Assembly (NCBI GenBank): GCA_963850655.1
Contig: CAWKMI010000017.1
Span: forward strand, 125,195-189,194
DNA: 64,000 nt
Source: an uncultured Gemmatimonadales bacterium
GTDB lineage: Bacteria > Gemmatimonadota > Gemmatimonadetes > Gemmatimonadales > GWC2-71-9
Direction: 5' to 3'
Part shown: positions 29,161 through 40,317 of the stretch, one piece after another
Layout: each line of letters opens with the position of its first letter
Numbering within the stretch: position 1 is the first letter of the stretch
The notes under the pieces: generated by a model
What the model was told of the DNA's origin: nothing
What the model saw: the letters and a program-made list of their open reading frames with translations, nothing else
Database searches by the model: none
Made by a program: the position numbers and the translations under genes

Positions 29161-29976
29161 GGGCAATCTCCTCGAGGAAACCGCACGATCGACCGTCCCG
29201 GATCCGCGACAGGCGAGCGGAATCCCGAGGGCCTGCGACCAGGTGAACGCCAGGGTGGTGGGGGCTGAGATCGTCGCCAGACAGCAGGGCTCCCGCCGCG
29301 GCGGCCTTGGAGACCAGTTCGTAGCTGCACCGGCTGGTCATCGCGACGAAGCCCGGAAGCCTGGGCTCCTGCTGGCGCGCGCGGGCACCGACCAGCTTGT
29401 CGAGGGCATTGTGACGACCGATGTCTTCGCGGACCAGCTCGATCTGGCCGTCGATGCCGCACCATGCGGCCGCGTGCACGAGAATCGTCTGCTGGTTGAT
29501 GGGCTGGCAGGTCGGGGAGCACCGTGAACGCCGCCTCGATGGCTTGATCACTGATGCGCCGCGTTGATCGGAGGCCGTCGGTCTCCTGCTGCCGCAGCGT
29601 GCAGTGAGGCCAGCGACTCGAGTCCGCAGAGGCCGCAGCCGGAGTTGCCGGCGAGCGACCGTGTGTCATGCGGCGAGTCACGGAGCTGTGCCACAGGCAC
29701 CGTCAGGTCGACCGACATCTCGCCAAGCCATGTTGCGATACCGATCCTCTCGACGGCGCCGGCGTCGGTCACCAGGCGTTCGGTGATGGCCAGGCCGACT
29801 GCCAGATCCTCGACATCACACGGAGTTGCGAGCATCACCGTCCAGGGCCTCCCGTTCACCTGGATCTCCACCGGCACCTCGGCGGCAATCGCCCACTCGC
29901 GGTCGGCGCCGGTCGCGGCAACACGAACAGGTCGTCGCTCGAACGCCCCGCCGGGGCCTTCGATCAGGGCGCTCAC
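29147..29976 (-). pseudogene. fdhD: Formate dehydrogenase accessory sulfurtransferase FdhD (FdsC), frameshifted
   Basis: The GTG ~29976 overlaps the fdsA stop. ORF 29548..30156 gives EWAIAAEVPVEIQVNGRPWTVMLATPCDVEDLAVGLAITE and SLAGNSGCGLCGLESL. ORFs 29082..29681 and 29147..29551 give LVHAAAWCGIDGQIELVREDIGRHNALDKLVG and TSRCSYELVSKAAAAG. The tail ISAPTTLA lies in a third frame. Confidence 0.75.
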
Positions 29977-32789
29977 GGGGCCGCGCTGGCGGCCGGATGC
30001 GGCGAAGGAGTCGGGGTGCTCGTCGGGCGGACATCCACCGCTGTCACCTTGTACTCCGGGACAACTGGTCGCCCAGTCGGAGTACTCGGTGGTCACCACG
30101 TTGGCCGCCAGCTCGGGATAGTGGAACGTCGTGTAGAGGACGCCCTGGCGGAACACGGTCGGTAATTCGGGCCTCGGAGTGAAATCTCGCCCTTCCGGCT
30201 CGAGAGCAGCGCGAGCTCGCCGTCGCCGATCCCGCGGACCTCGGCGTCATGCGGGTGGATCTCGAGCACATCCTGCGCGTACCAGAGGACATTCTCGGTG
30301 CGGCGCGTCTGGGTGCCCACGTTGTACTGCGACAGGATCCGGCCGGTGGTGAGCAGCAACGGGAAGCGGCGGTTGGCCTTCTCCTCCGTTGGCACGAATT
30401 GGGTGAGCAGGAACCGTCCCTTGCCCCGGACGAACGCACCCTTGTGCATGGTCGGGGTACCGAGCGGCTGGGCCGCGTTGCATGGCCACTGCACGCTGCC
30501 GACACGATCGAGCAGCGCAAACGACACACCCGCGAACGTCGGGGTCAGGGCCGCGATCTCGTCCATGATCTCCGAGGCCCGGTCGTAGTGCATCGGGATA
30601 GCCCATCGCCGTCGCCAGGCGGCAGGCGACGTCCCATTCATCCAGCCCCACCTTCGACGGCATTGCCGGCCGGACCCGGTTGATGCGCCGCTCGGCGTTG
30701 GTGAAGGTGCCGTCCTTCTCGAGGAACGCCGTGCCCGGGAAGAAGACATGGGCATACTTTGCCGTCTCGTTGAGGAAAATGTCCTGGACGATCAGGCAGT
30801 CCAGCGCCCGGAGGGCTCGCGAGACGTGCGTGGTGTCGGGATCCGACTGGGCGATATCCTCGCCCTGCACGAACATCCCCCGGAACTGGCCGCTCACCGC
30901 GGCGGCGAACATGTTCGGAATGCGGAGGCCCGGCTCCGGATCGAGGGTGACCTGCCACGCGTTCTCGAAACTCCCGCGCACCTTGTTGTCCGAGAGATGG
31001 CGATAGCCCGGCAGTTCGTGCGGGAATGAGCCCATGTCGCAGGAGCCCTGCACATTGTTCTGGCCGCGCAGCGGGTTGACGCCAACACCCTCGCGGCCGA
31101 TCTGGCCGGCCACCATCGCCAGATTGGCGATGCCGATCACCATGGTGCTGCCCTGGCTGTGCTCGGTGACGCCGAGCCCGTAGTAGATCGCCGCGTTGGG
31201 GGCCGTGGCGTAGAGGCGCGCCGCCTGGCGGACCTCGCCGGCGGGTACCCCGGTGATCGCCTCCATCGCTTCGGGCGACTGCTCCGGCCTGGCGATGAAC
31301 TCCCGCCATTGCTGGAACGAGACATCCTCACACCGTTCGGCAATAAACGCCTCGTTGGCGAGTCCTTCGGTCACGATGACATGGGCGAGTGCGTTGACGA
31401 CCGCGACGTTGGTGCCGGGAAGCAGTTGCAGGTGATGCGCGGCCTCCACATGAGGACTGCGCACCAGGTCAATCCGGCGTGGATCAACCACAATCAGTTT
31501 CGCCCCTGCCCGCAGCCGACGCTTGAGCCGGGAGGCAAACACCGGATGGGCATCGGTCGGGTTGGCGCCGATGACCATGATGACGTCGGCGGATTCCACC
31601 GACTTGAAGTCCTGCGTGCCGGCCGACGTGCCGAAGGTCTTGCTCAAGCCATAGCCGGTCGGTGAATGACAGACCCTGGCGCAGGTATCCACGTTGTTAT
31701 TGGCGAACGCGGTGCGGACCATCTTCTGGACGACGTACACCTCCTCGTTGGTGCACCGAGAGGAGGTGATTCCTCCGATGGCCGTGCGGCCGTGCTCGGC
31801 CTGGATGGAGCGCAGCCGCTGGGCGGCGAAGGCGATCGCCTCGTCCCAGGACACCTCACGCCAGGGATCGCTGATCTTCGCGCGCACCATCGGATGCAGC
31901 ACCCGGTCGCGATGCGTGGCGTAGCCCCAGGCAAAACGCCCCTTCACGCACGAGTGGCCGGCGTTGGCGCCTCCCTCGGCCGCCGGCACCATCCGGATCA
32001 CCTCATCACCCTTGAGCTCGGCGTTGAACGAGCATCCCACGCCGCAGTAAGCGCAGGTCGTCTTGACAATCCGATCAGGCTGGCCGCGGTCGATCACCTT
32101 CTTTTCGATCAAGGTCGCCGTCGGACACGCCTGAACGCAGGCCCCGCACGAGACACACTCGGAGGCCACGAAGGTCTCGTCCATCCCGGCGCTCACCTTC
32201 GACTCGAAGCCCCGGGCCGAGATGGTCAGGGCGAACGTGCCCTGGATCTCGTCGCAGGCCCGGACGCAGCGTGAGCAGACGATGCACTTCGCGGGATCGA
32301 AGGTGAAGTACGGATTCGAGCTGTCGACCTCGGCCGTGAGATGGTTGGCCCCCTCGACCCCGTAGCGCACCTCGCGCAGGCCGACTTCGCCGGCCACATC
32401 CTGCAGCTCGCAGTCGCCGTTGGCGGCACAGGTGAGGCAGTCGAGCGGATGGTCCGAGATGTACAGCTCCATCACGTTGCGACGCACGCGGGCAAGCTGG
32501 TCAGTCTGGGTGTGAACCACCATGCCGTCCTCGGCCGGCGTGGTGCACGAGGCGGGCAGGCCCTTCCGTCCCTGGATTTCCACCAGGCAGAGGCGACAGG
32601 AGCCGAAGGCTTGGAGCGAATCGGTCGCACAAAGCTTCGCAACACCGATGCCGGCGTCGCGTGCCGCGCGCATGATCGAGGTGCCGGCGGGGACCTCGAC
32701 GACCTGGCCGTCGATCGTCAGGCGAACGTGCGTTTCGCTCGCGACCAGCGGCGTGCCAAGGTCGGGACGTGGCGTATGGAGGTCGATCA

Positions 32790-32790
<1 letters not shown>
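29973..32790 (-). pseudogene. fdsA: NAD-dependent formate dehydrogenase alpha subunit (Mo-bis-MGD, NuoG-like N-terminus), two frameshifts in the last quarter
   Basis: ORF 30247..32790 is authentic for ~730 aa: 2Fe-2S CATDSLQAFGSCRLCLVEI, 4Fe-4S CIVCSRCVRAC and CVSCGACVQACP, and the MopB cluster CAYCGVGC. The frame then changes near ~30600 (ATAMGYP / MHYDRASEIMDEIAALTP in ORF 30093..30755). It changes again near ~30170 (GVLYTTFHYPELAANVVTTEYSDWAT in ORF 29548..30156), then to EYKVTAVDVRP...-TGA ~29973. Confidence 0.85.
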
Positions 32791-34336
<1,546 letters not shown>

Positions 34337-34340
<4 letters not shown>

Positions 34341-34825
34341 GCGCCCTCACCTGCCCCGCTCAGCGGCGCCATCAGCGCGTCGAAAGACTCTCCCGTCACG
34401 CGACCATGTACCCGGTCGCCGACCCGCACCGTCGGTCCCGCCGCGCAGTTGCCGAAACAGTACCCCGGTTCGAGCTGTACCCGGCCATCAGGGGTGGCCT
34501 CGCCGAAGCCGATGCCGAGTCGCTCCTGCGCGTGGACGGCGAGCGCCCGGCACCCGACCGCCTGGCACGCTTCGGCCATGCAGAGCTGGACGACGTGCTG
34601 CGCCGTCGGCTCTTCGTGAAAATCATGGTAAAAGGTCACCACGCCGTGGACCTCGGCGCGTGACACGTTCAGCGCCTGGGCGATGAGCCGAATGGCCGCC
34701 TTGGGGATATAGCCAAGCCGTGCCTGCACATCGTGCAGCAGGAGGAGGAGGGCATCGGGTTCGGCCGAAGCCGCTGCCACCAGGTTGCGGACCGTTTCGA
34801 GATCGTTATCGGTGTCGCGCTTCAT
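34337..34825 (-). CDS. fdsG: Formate dehydrogenase gamma subunit (NuoE-like 2Fe-2S)
   Basis: Start at MKRDTDNDLETV (ATG 34825). Cys pattern QLCMAEACQAVGCR ... EPGYCFGNCAAGP, typical of the NuoE/HoxE thioredoxin-like 2Fe-2S fold. Confidence 0.8.
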
Positions 34826-35010
34826 CTTGGAACGAAGCCCCCTCACCAGTGTCGGTCATATCGGGGCGCCGGGCGGGCACTCCGTGCCGCCTCCCCACGA
34901 CCCGGCCACAACAAGGAATCTTACTTGCCGAGGCCGGATTTTGCTCTGCCGGACCGGGGTGCCGACCATATATTGCGGCTGGCTCCCCACCCACGCCTCC
35001 CGGAAAATGC

Positions 35011-36264
35011 ATGAAGCCGATCACGCTCGCCATCTTCATCGGCCTTGCCTCCCTTCTCGGCCCCGTACAGCAGCCGGAACTCAGGGTTCCGGCCTTCACG
35101 GCCTACATCGGTCCCGACCCTGAAGGGGCCCGGGTCTCGCGGGATCGAGGCGTCACCGGATGGCAGAATCCAGGCACCTCGATCACCTGGTTCGGTGAGT
35201 GGCAGAGCCCCGGCAAGGTTCGGGCGTCCATCACCCTTGCGCTTGCCCAGGGTGATTCCCTCGGCCTGCAGTTGAGTGTCGGCAGTGAGCGTCACTCCGC
35301 CATGGCGCATGGCAACGGTGGCGAGGTGCGCGTGCTGCTCGGGGAGTATGCCATCACGACCGCGGGGTACGTCCCCTTCACACTCGTGCCCGGGGACGTC
35401 GGTGGTACCGGACGGGCGATCACTGCACTGGTGCTCGAGGGACCGACGGCCACGGATGCCCATTTCAACCTCGATCCCCGCCGCAACGCGGCCAGTGTGC
35501 ACCTGCGATACCCCACCGACACCTCAGCGCTGATCACCGGCTTCTACAATGAGATCACCGCAATTGACGACCCGGTGACGACCTACTACATGGCCACCGG
35601 CTTCTCGCGCGGCTACTTCGGGATGCAGGTCAACTCGCCGAGCGAGCGGCGGATCATCTTCTCGGTGTGGGATGCGGCCAACGGCAACACGGCGAACGAC
35701 CGCAGCACCGTCGCGCCAGAGGATCAGACGCAACTGGTGGCGACGGGCGATGAGGTTGAGGCGAGCGTCTTCGGCAATGAGGGGACGGGCGGACATTCGC
35801 ACCTGGTGTACAATTGGAAGACCGGCTCGACCCAGCGCTTCTTCGTCACTGCCACGCCCGACGGCAGCCACACCATCTACAGTGGCTACTGGTTCCATCC
35901 CGAAAAGCAGCAATGGCAGCTGATCGCCTCCTTCCGCGCGCCGAAGGACGGCGGCGGGTTGAAGCGACTCTATTCGTTCAGCGAGGACTTCGGCGGCGCG
36001 ACCGGCCACCTGCGGCGCAAGGCGCGCTTCGGACCCCAGTGGATCCGCCTCGCCGATGGACGCTGGCAGGAGCTGACCACGGCCACTTTCAGCCATGATG
36101 CGACGGGCAAGGCGAACCGTCTCGACCGCTACATGGGAGTCGAGAACGGTCGCTTCTTCCTCAGCCACGGCGGGTTCGTCCCGGGATTCACCGAGTCAGG
36201 CGAGAAGTTCACCCGGCCCGCCAGCGGCACCCCGCCGGACATTCACCTTCCTGTGCACCCCTGA
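35011..36264 (+). CDS. Secreted DUF5077/DUF3472 domain protein
   Basis: Start at MKPITLAIFIGLASLLGP (ATG 35011; the track ORF extension to 34720 is a run-on). DUF3472-type core recalled from memory: YYMATGFSRGYFGMQVNSPSERRIIFSVWD, GNEGTGGHSHLVYNWKTG, LYSFSEDFGG. Confidence 0.7.
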   Translation: MKPITLAIFIGLASLLGPVQQPELRVPAFTAYIGPDPEGARVSRDRGVTGWQNPGTSITWFGEWQSPGKVRASITLALAQGDSLGLQLSVGSERHSAMAHGNGGEVRVLLGEYAITTAGYVPFTLVPGDVGGTGRAITALVLEGPTATDAHFNLDPRRNAASVHLRYPTDTSALITGFYNEITAIDDPVTTYYMATGFSRGYFGMQVNSPSERRIIFSVWDAANGNTANDRSTVAPEDQTQLVATGDEVEASVFGNEGTGGHSHLVYNWKTGSTQRFFVTATPDGSHTIYSGYWFHPEKQQWQLIASFRAPKDGGGLKRLYSFSEDFGGATGHLRRKARFGPQWIRLADGRWQELTTATFSHDATGKANRLDRYMGVENGRFFLSHGGFVPGFTESGEKFTRPASGTPPDIHLPVHP

Positions 36265-36272
36265 GGCCCACG

Positions 36273-38726
36273 ATGCGCCATCAGCTTCCCTTCGTCCTGC
36301 TCGCGCTAGCGGCGCAGCCGGTTCTCTGCCAGACACCTGTGGTCCAGTCGAACGCCGCGCTGATGGCCAACGACCATTACACCCGCTCGCACGACTACGA
36401 CCTGATCCACCAGCGGATCGAGGTCTCCCGGTTCGGCTGGGACTCGATGTCGTTCGACGGCAAGGTCACGACCACGGTGGTCTCGAGACGTCCCGGCCTC
36501 ACCGAGATCGTCCTCGACGAGGGCCCGCTCCTGGTCAACACGGGAGTGACCGACAGGTCGGGCCGCACGCTTGCCACATTGCGGCATGGCGACACCCTGG
36601 TGGTTTCGACCCTGCGGCCGCTTCGCCTTGGCGACACTCTCGTCTTCACGGTCGCCTACCGCGGCAAGGTGGCGAGCGGCCATGGCCTCACGTTCATCCG
36701 GAACGATGGCCTGGAGCACCGGCCCGACCAGATCTGGAGCCAGGGGGAGGATCACGACAATCACTACTGGTTCCCGACCTATGACTTCCCGAACGACAAG
36801 ATGACCTGGGAACTCGTGGCGACGGTGCCGAAGCAGAATCTCGCCATCTCGAACGGGCGGCTGGTGTCGAACGTGGTCGCCGGCGCAAACCGGACCATGT
36901 CCTGGAGCCAGACGACGCCATCGGCGAGCTACCTGGTGTCGTTGATCGTGGCACCACTCGCCGCCATCCATGACAGCTGGCAGGGCGTGCCCGTCGAGTA
37001 CTACACCTACCACGACGACAGCACCCGCGCCTGGCGCCTCTTTCACGTCACACCCGACATGATCGGCACCTATTCACGGCTCACCGGCATCAAGTACCCC
37101 TGGGCCAAGTATGCCCAGACCACGGTGGCCGATTTCTTCGGCGGGATGGAGAACGTCAGTGCCACGACACTGGTGGACTGGCTCCCGGATGCGACCGCCT
37201 ATCTCGACCGGCCCTGGTACCAGTACATCCTGATCCCGCACGAGCTGGCCCACCAGTGGTTCGGCGACTATGTCACGACCGAGAACTGGGCCAATATGTG
37301 GCTCAACGAGGGCTTCGCCGAGTTCATGCCGGGCCAGTACTGGCTCGAGAAGCTCGGCGCGCACGCCGCCGACGACTATTACCTCGACGAGTACCAGCAG
37401 TTTCTCCAGATCGAGGCGAGACGCTCGATGCCGCTGGCGTCCCTCGGGTCAAACAACATCTATCCCAAGGGCGCGCTCGTCATCCAGATGCTGAAGGACT
37501 ACCTCGGCCCCGAGCGGTTCTGGGCGTCGGTCCACACCTATCTCTCGCGACACGCCTTCAGCGTGGCCACCAGCGACGATTTCCGGCAGGCCGTGCTCGC
37601 CGCGACCGGAGAGAATCTCGACTGGTTCTGGAACGAGTGGATCTATGGCGCCGGATTCCCCCACTTCGTCGTCACGACCACATACGACGCCGCGAGATCG
37701 CGCCTCGCCCTGACGGTCAGGCAGACGCAGGTTGACTCGTTCAAGGTCGACAGCACGGGGAGGCTCTTCTCGGTAGCGCAGGTCTTTCACATGCCGGTCA
37801 CTGTGCGGGTGGGGTTCGCCGGGAAGGAACGGTCACAGCGCTTCGACCTGACGGCCAGGGAACAGACCATCGTGGTCGACAGTGTTTCTGCCGAGCCCAC
37901 CATGGTGGTATTCGACGACGGCAACCACATCCTCAAGTCGCTCGAGTTCGACCAGCCGGTGGCCTGGCTCGCAGCACAGCTGGGACAGGACAGCAACCTT
38001 TGGAACCGCCAGTGGGCGATTGCTCAGCTCGCTCAACATCCGGCGGATGCGGCAGCAGCAGCCGCGGTCGCGACGGCAGCCACCACCGCCGACTACTACC
38101 TCACCCGCGTCGAGGCGATCGAGGCACTCCCGGCCTTTCCACCCCAGACGGCACGGCCTGTGCTCCTGGCCGCGATGAAGGACACCTCCGCGATGGTGCG
38201 AGCTGCGGTACTCGAACCGCTGGCAGAGGTCGGCGGCGAAGGAGCCGCAACAGCGGCCCTCGCAGCCTTCACACACGATTCGAGCTATGCGGTCCGTTCC
38301 TCGGCGTTGATGGCACTGGCCAAGCTCGATCCGGCGCAGGCGCACGACCTGCTGCCGGAGGCGCTGCGAACGCCCTCGTATCAGGATGCGATAGAATCTT
38401 CGGCCCTGATGACCATGCTGCAGATCAACGACAGCACCTACCTGGCACAGGTGGACGGCATTATCGGACATCAGGAGTTCGCCGCGCATGTACTGGCCAC
38501 CTTCAGCGGCCGCGGCAACGCCCATGCGCTCGACCTGCTCACCGGGCGGCTCGATGATCCTCGAGCGGCGGTGCGTCGTTGGGTGGTCAGGCAATTCCAG
38601 CAGACGCTGGCACGCCTCAACAAGGGCCTCGCCCTCTCCCGGCTCCAGAGCGTTGTCGGAACCCTGAAGTATCCGGACACCAGGGGGGCGGTCACCGGCC
38701 TGATCGCCACACTCCAGAAGCCCTGA
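36273..38726 (+). CDS. M1-family aminopeptidase (aminopeptidase N-like) with a C-terminal HEAT/ARM-like repeat region
   Basis: Intact 817-aa ORF with GGMENVSATT (GxMEN), HELAHQWFGD followed 18 residues later by WLNEGFAEF (HExxH-18-E), and a signal peptide. Confidence 0.85.
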   Translation: MRHQLPFVLLALAAQPVLCQTPVVQSNAALMANDHYTRSHDYDLIHQRIEVSRFGWDSMSFDGKVTTTVVSRRPGLTEIVLDEGPLLVNTGVTDRSGRTLATLRHGDTLVVSTLRPLRLGDTLVFTVAYRGKVASGHGLTFIRNDGLEHRPDQIWSQGEDHDNHYWFPTYDFPNDKMTWELVATVPKQNLAISNGRLVSNVVAGANRTMSWSQTTPSASYLVSLIVAPLAAIHDSWQGVPVEYYTYHDDSTRAWRLFHVTPDMIGTYSRLTGIKYPWAKYAQTTVADFFGGMENVSATTLVDWLPDATAYLDRPWYQYILIPHELAHQWFGDYVTTENWANMWLNEGFAEFMPGQYWLEKLGAHAADDYYLDEYQQFLQIEARRSMPLASLGSNNIYPKGALVIQMLKDYLGPERFWASVHTYLSRHAFSVATSDDFRQAVLAATGENLDWFWNEWIYGAGFPHFVVTTTYDAARSRLALTVRQTQVDSFKVDSTGRLFSVAQVFHMPVTVRVGFAGKERSQRFDLTAREQTIVVDSVSAEPTMVVFDDGNHILKSLEFDQPVAWLAAQLGQDSNLWNRQWAIAQLAQHPADAAAAAAVATAATTADYYLTRVEAIEALPAFPPQTARPVLLAAMKDTSAMVRAAVLEPLAEVGGEGAATAALAAFTHDSSYAVRSSALMALAKLDPAQAHDLLPEALRTPSYQDAIESSALMTMLQINDSTYLAQVDGIIGHQEFAAHVLATFSGRGNAHALDLLTGRLDDPRAAVRRWVVRQFQQTLARLNKGLALSRLQSVVGTLKYPDTRGAVTGLIATLQKP

Positions 38727-38748
38727 CGTGATCGGGACGGAGTGCAGG

Positions 38749-40218
38749 ATGACGCAGGCTTTCCGGATGCCGCGGCTCGCCATCCTGCTGCTGGCACTGA
38801 GCACCGCGACGCGGCTCCATGCCCAGCAGGCGCCGCCGGAGTACGTCCGGGATCCCGACCCGCTCGTTCAGGCGAAGCTGGCCGAATGGCAGGATCTCAA
38901 GCTCGGCCTGCTGATGCACTGGGGGACCTACTCACAATGGGGCATCGTCGAATCGTGGTCGCTCTGCAGCGAAGACGAGGGATGGTGCCGCAGCCCGCAG
39001 CGCGACTCGATCGGTGACTATGCCGCCTACAAGAAGGCGTACGAGGCGCTGCAGACCACCTTCAACCCGGTGCGCTTCGATCCCGAGCGCTGGGCAAAGG
39101 CGGCGAAAGAAGCCGGCATGAAGTACGTCGTCTTCACGACCAAGCATCATGACGGCTTCAGCATGTTCGACACCCACGAGACGGATTACCGGATTACCTC
39201 ACCGCTGACACCGTTCTCCACCAACCCCAGGGCTGACGTCACCAAGGAAATCTTCGACGCGTTCCGGGCCCAGGGGTTCATGGTGGGCGCGTACTTTTCC
39301 AAGCCGGACTGGCACAGTCCCGACTACTGGTGGCCCTATTTCGCCACCCCGGACCGCAATCCCAACTACGACATCAAGAAATACCCGGAGCGGTGGGCGC
39401 GTTTCGTCGCCTTCACGCACGCGCAGATCAACGAGTTGATGACGCGGTACGGCAAGGTGGACATCCTCTGGCTCGACGGCGGCTGGGTGCAGAAGCTCAC
39501 CGACTCGGCGATCACGGCAGAGATCAACAAGCCGGGCTACAAGTTCATGCACATCCAGAGCCAGGACATCGACATGCCGCGCCTGGTCGCCGAGGCGCGC
39601 GCCAAACAACCGGGACTGATCGTCGTCGATCGCGCGGTGCCCGGCCCGTACCAGAACTACCTCACCCCTGAAGCACGCGTGCCCGAAAGGGCCCTTCCCT
39701 ACCCGTGGGAAGTGCCGATGCCGATGGCGAACAGCTGGTCGTTCGTCCCGCACGACCGGTATAAGTCGCCCCGCGTGTTGATCCAGATGCTGGTGGATGT
39801 GGTGGCCAAGGGCGGCAACCTGCTGCTCAACATCGGCCCGGGACCCGACGGCTCCTGGGACGACGCGGCCTACGACCGGCTCGCGGCACTGGGGGCCTGG
39901 ATGAAGGTGAATTCCGAAGCGATCTATGCCACCCATGCCATCGCGCCGTACCTGGAGGGCCAGCTTCGCTTCACCCAGGCGAAGGACGGGACGACATTCG
40001 CCATCTACCTGCCGACGCAGGGCGAAACCACCCTGCCTCGGGACCTGACCATCGCAAGCCTGGCACCGGCGATCGGGGCCAGAATCACCCTCCTTGGCAC
40101 CGGCCGGGTGATCGCCTGGGAGCGCGCCGGATCCGGCTGCGTCACGCATGTCCCGGCAGGCCTTGCTGCGCCGAATGCTGACGCCTGGGTGTTCCGGATC
40201 TCGGCCCTGGCTCATTGA
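38749..40218 (+). CDS. GH29 alpha-L-fucosidase, secreted
   Basis: Start at MTQAFRMPRLAILLLALSTATRLHAQQ (ATG 38749). Motifs: YVVFTTKHHDGFSMFDT, WLDGGW, NLLLNIGPGPDG. Confidence 0.85.
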   Translation: MTQAFRMPRLAILLLALSTATRLHAQQAPPEYVRDPDPLVQAKLAEWQDLKLGLLMHWGTYSQWGIVESWSLCSEDEGWCRSPQRDSIGDYAAYKKAYEALQTTFNPVRFDPERWAKAAKEAGMKYVVFTTKHHDGFSMFDTHETDYRITSPLTPFSTNPRADVTKEIFDAFRAQGFMVGAYFSKPDWHSPDYWWPYFATPDRNPNYDIKKYPERWARFVAFTHAQINELMTRYGKVDILWLDGGWVQKLTDSAITAEINKPGYKFMHIQSQDIDMPRLVAEARAKQPGLIVVDRAVPGPYQNYLTPEARVPERALPYPWEVPMPMANSWSFVPHDRYKSPRVLIQMLVDVVAKGGNLLLNIGPGPDGSWDDAAYDRLAALGAWMKVNSEAIYATHAIAPYLEGQLRFTQAKDGTTFAIYLPTQGETTLPRDLTIASLAPAIGARITLLGTGRVIAWERAGSGCVTHVPAGLAAPNADAWVFRISALAH

Positions 40219-40317
40219 CCGCACGACCGGAACGCGCGTGGCTATCTTTCGTTGCTCGCCAACTGCCGGCCGAACCCCCTCGAACCGGCGAACACACTCC
40301 TCCGCTGGGTGACACGG

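Noticed and set aside
34826-35010. A possible Moco riboswitch or other leader element upstream of fdsG, in the divergent intergenic region with a GC-rich hairpin (gccggg…ggcacggagtgcc…cccggc)
   Set aside because: I could not recognise the conserved Moco-motif loops. GC-rich hairpins are expected by chance here. This needs a covariance-model search (Rfam RF01055) to settle.
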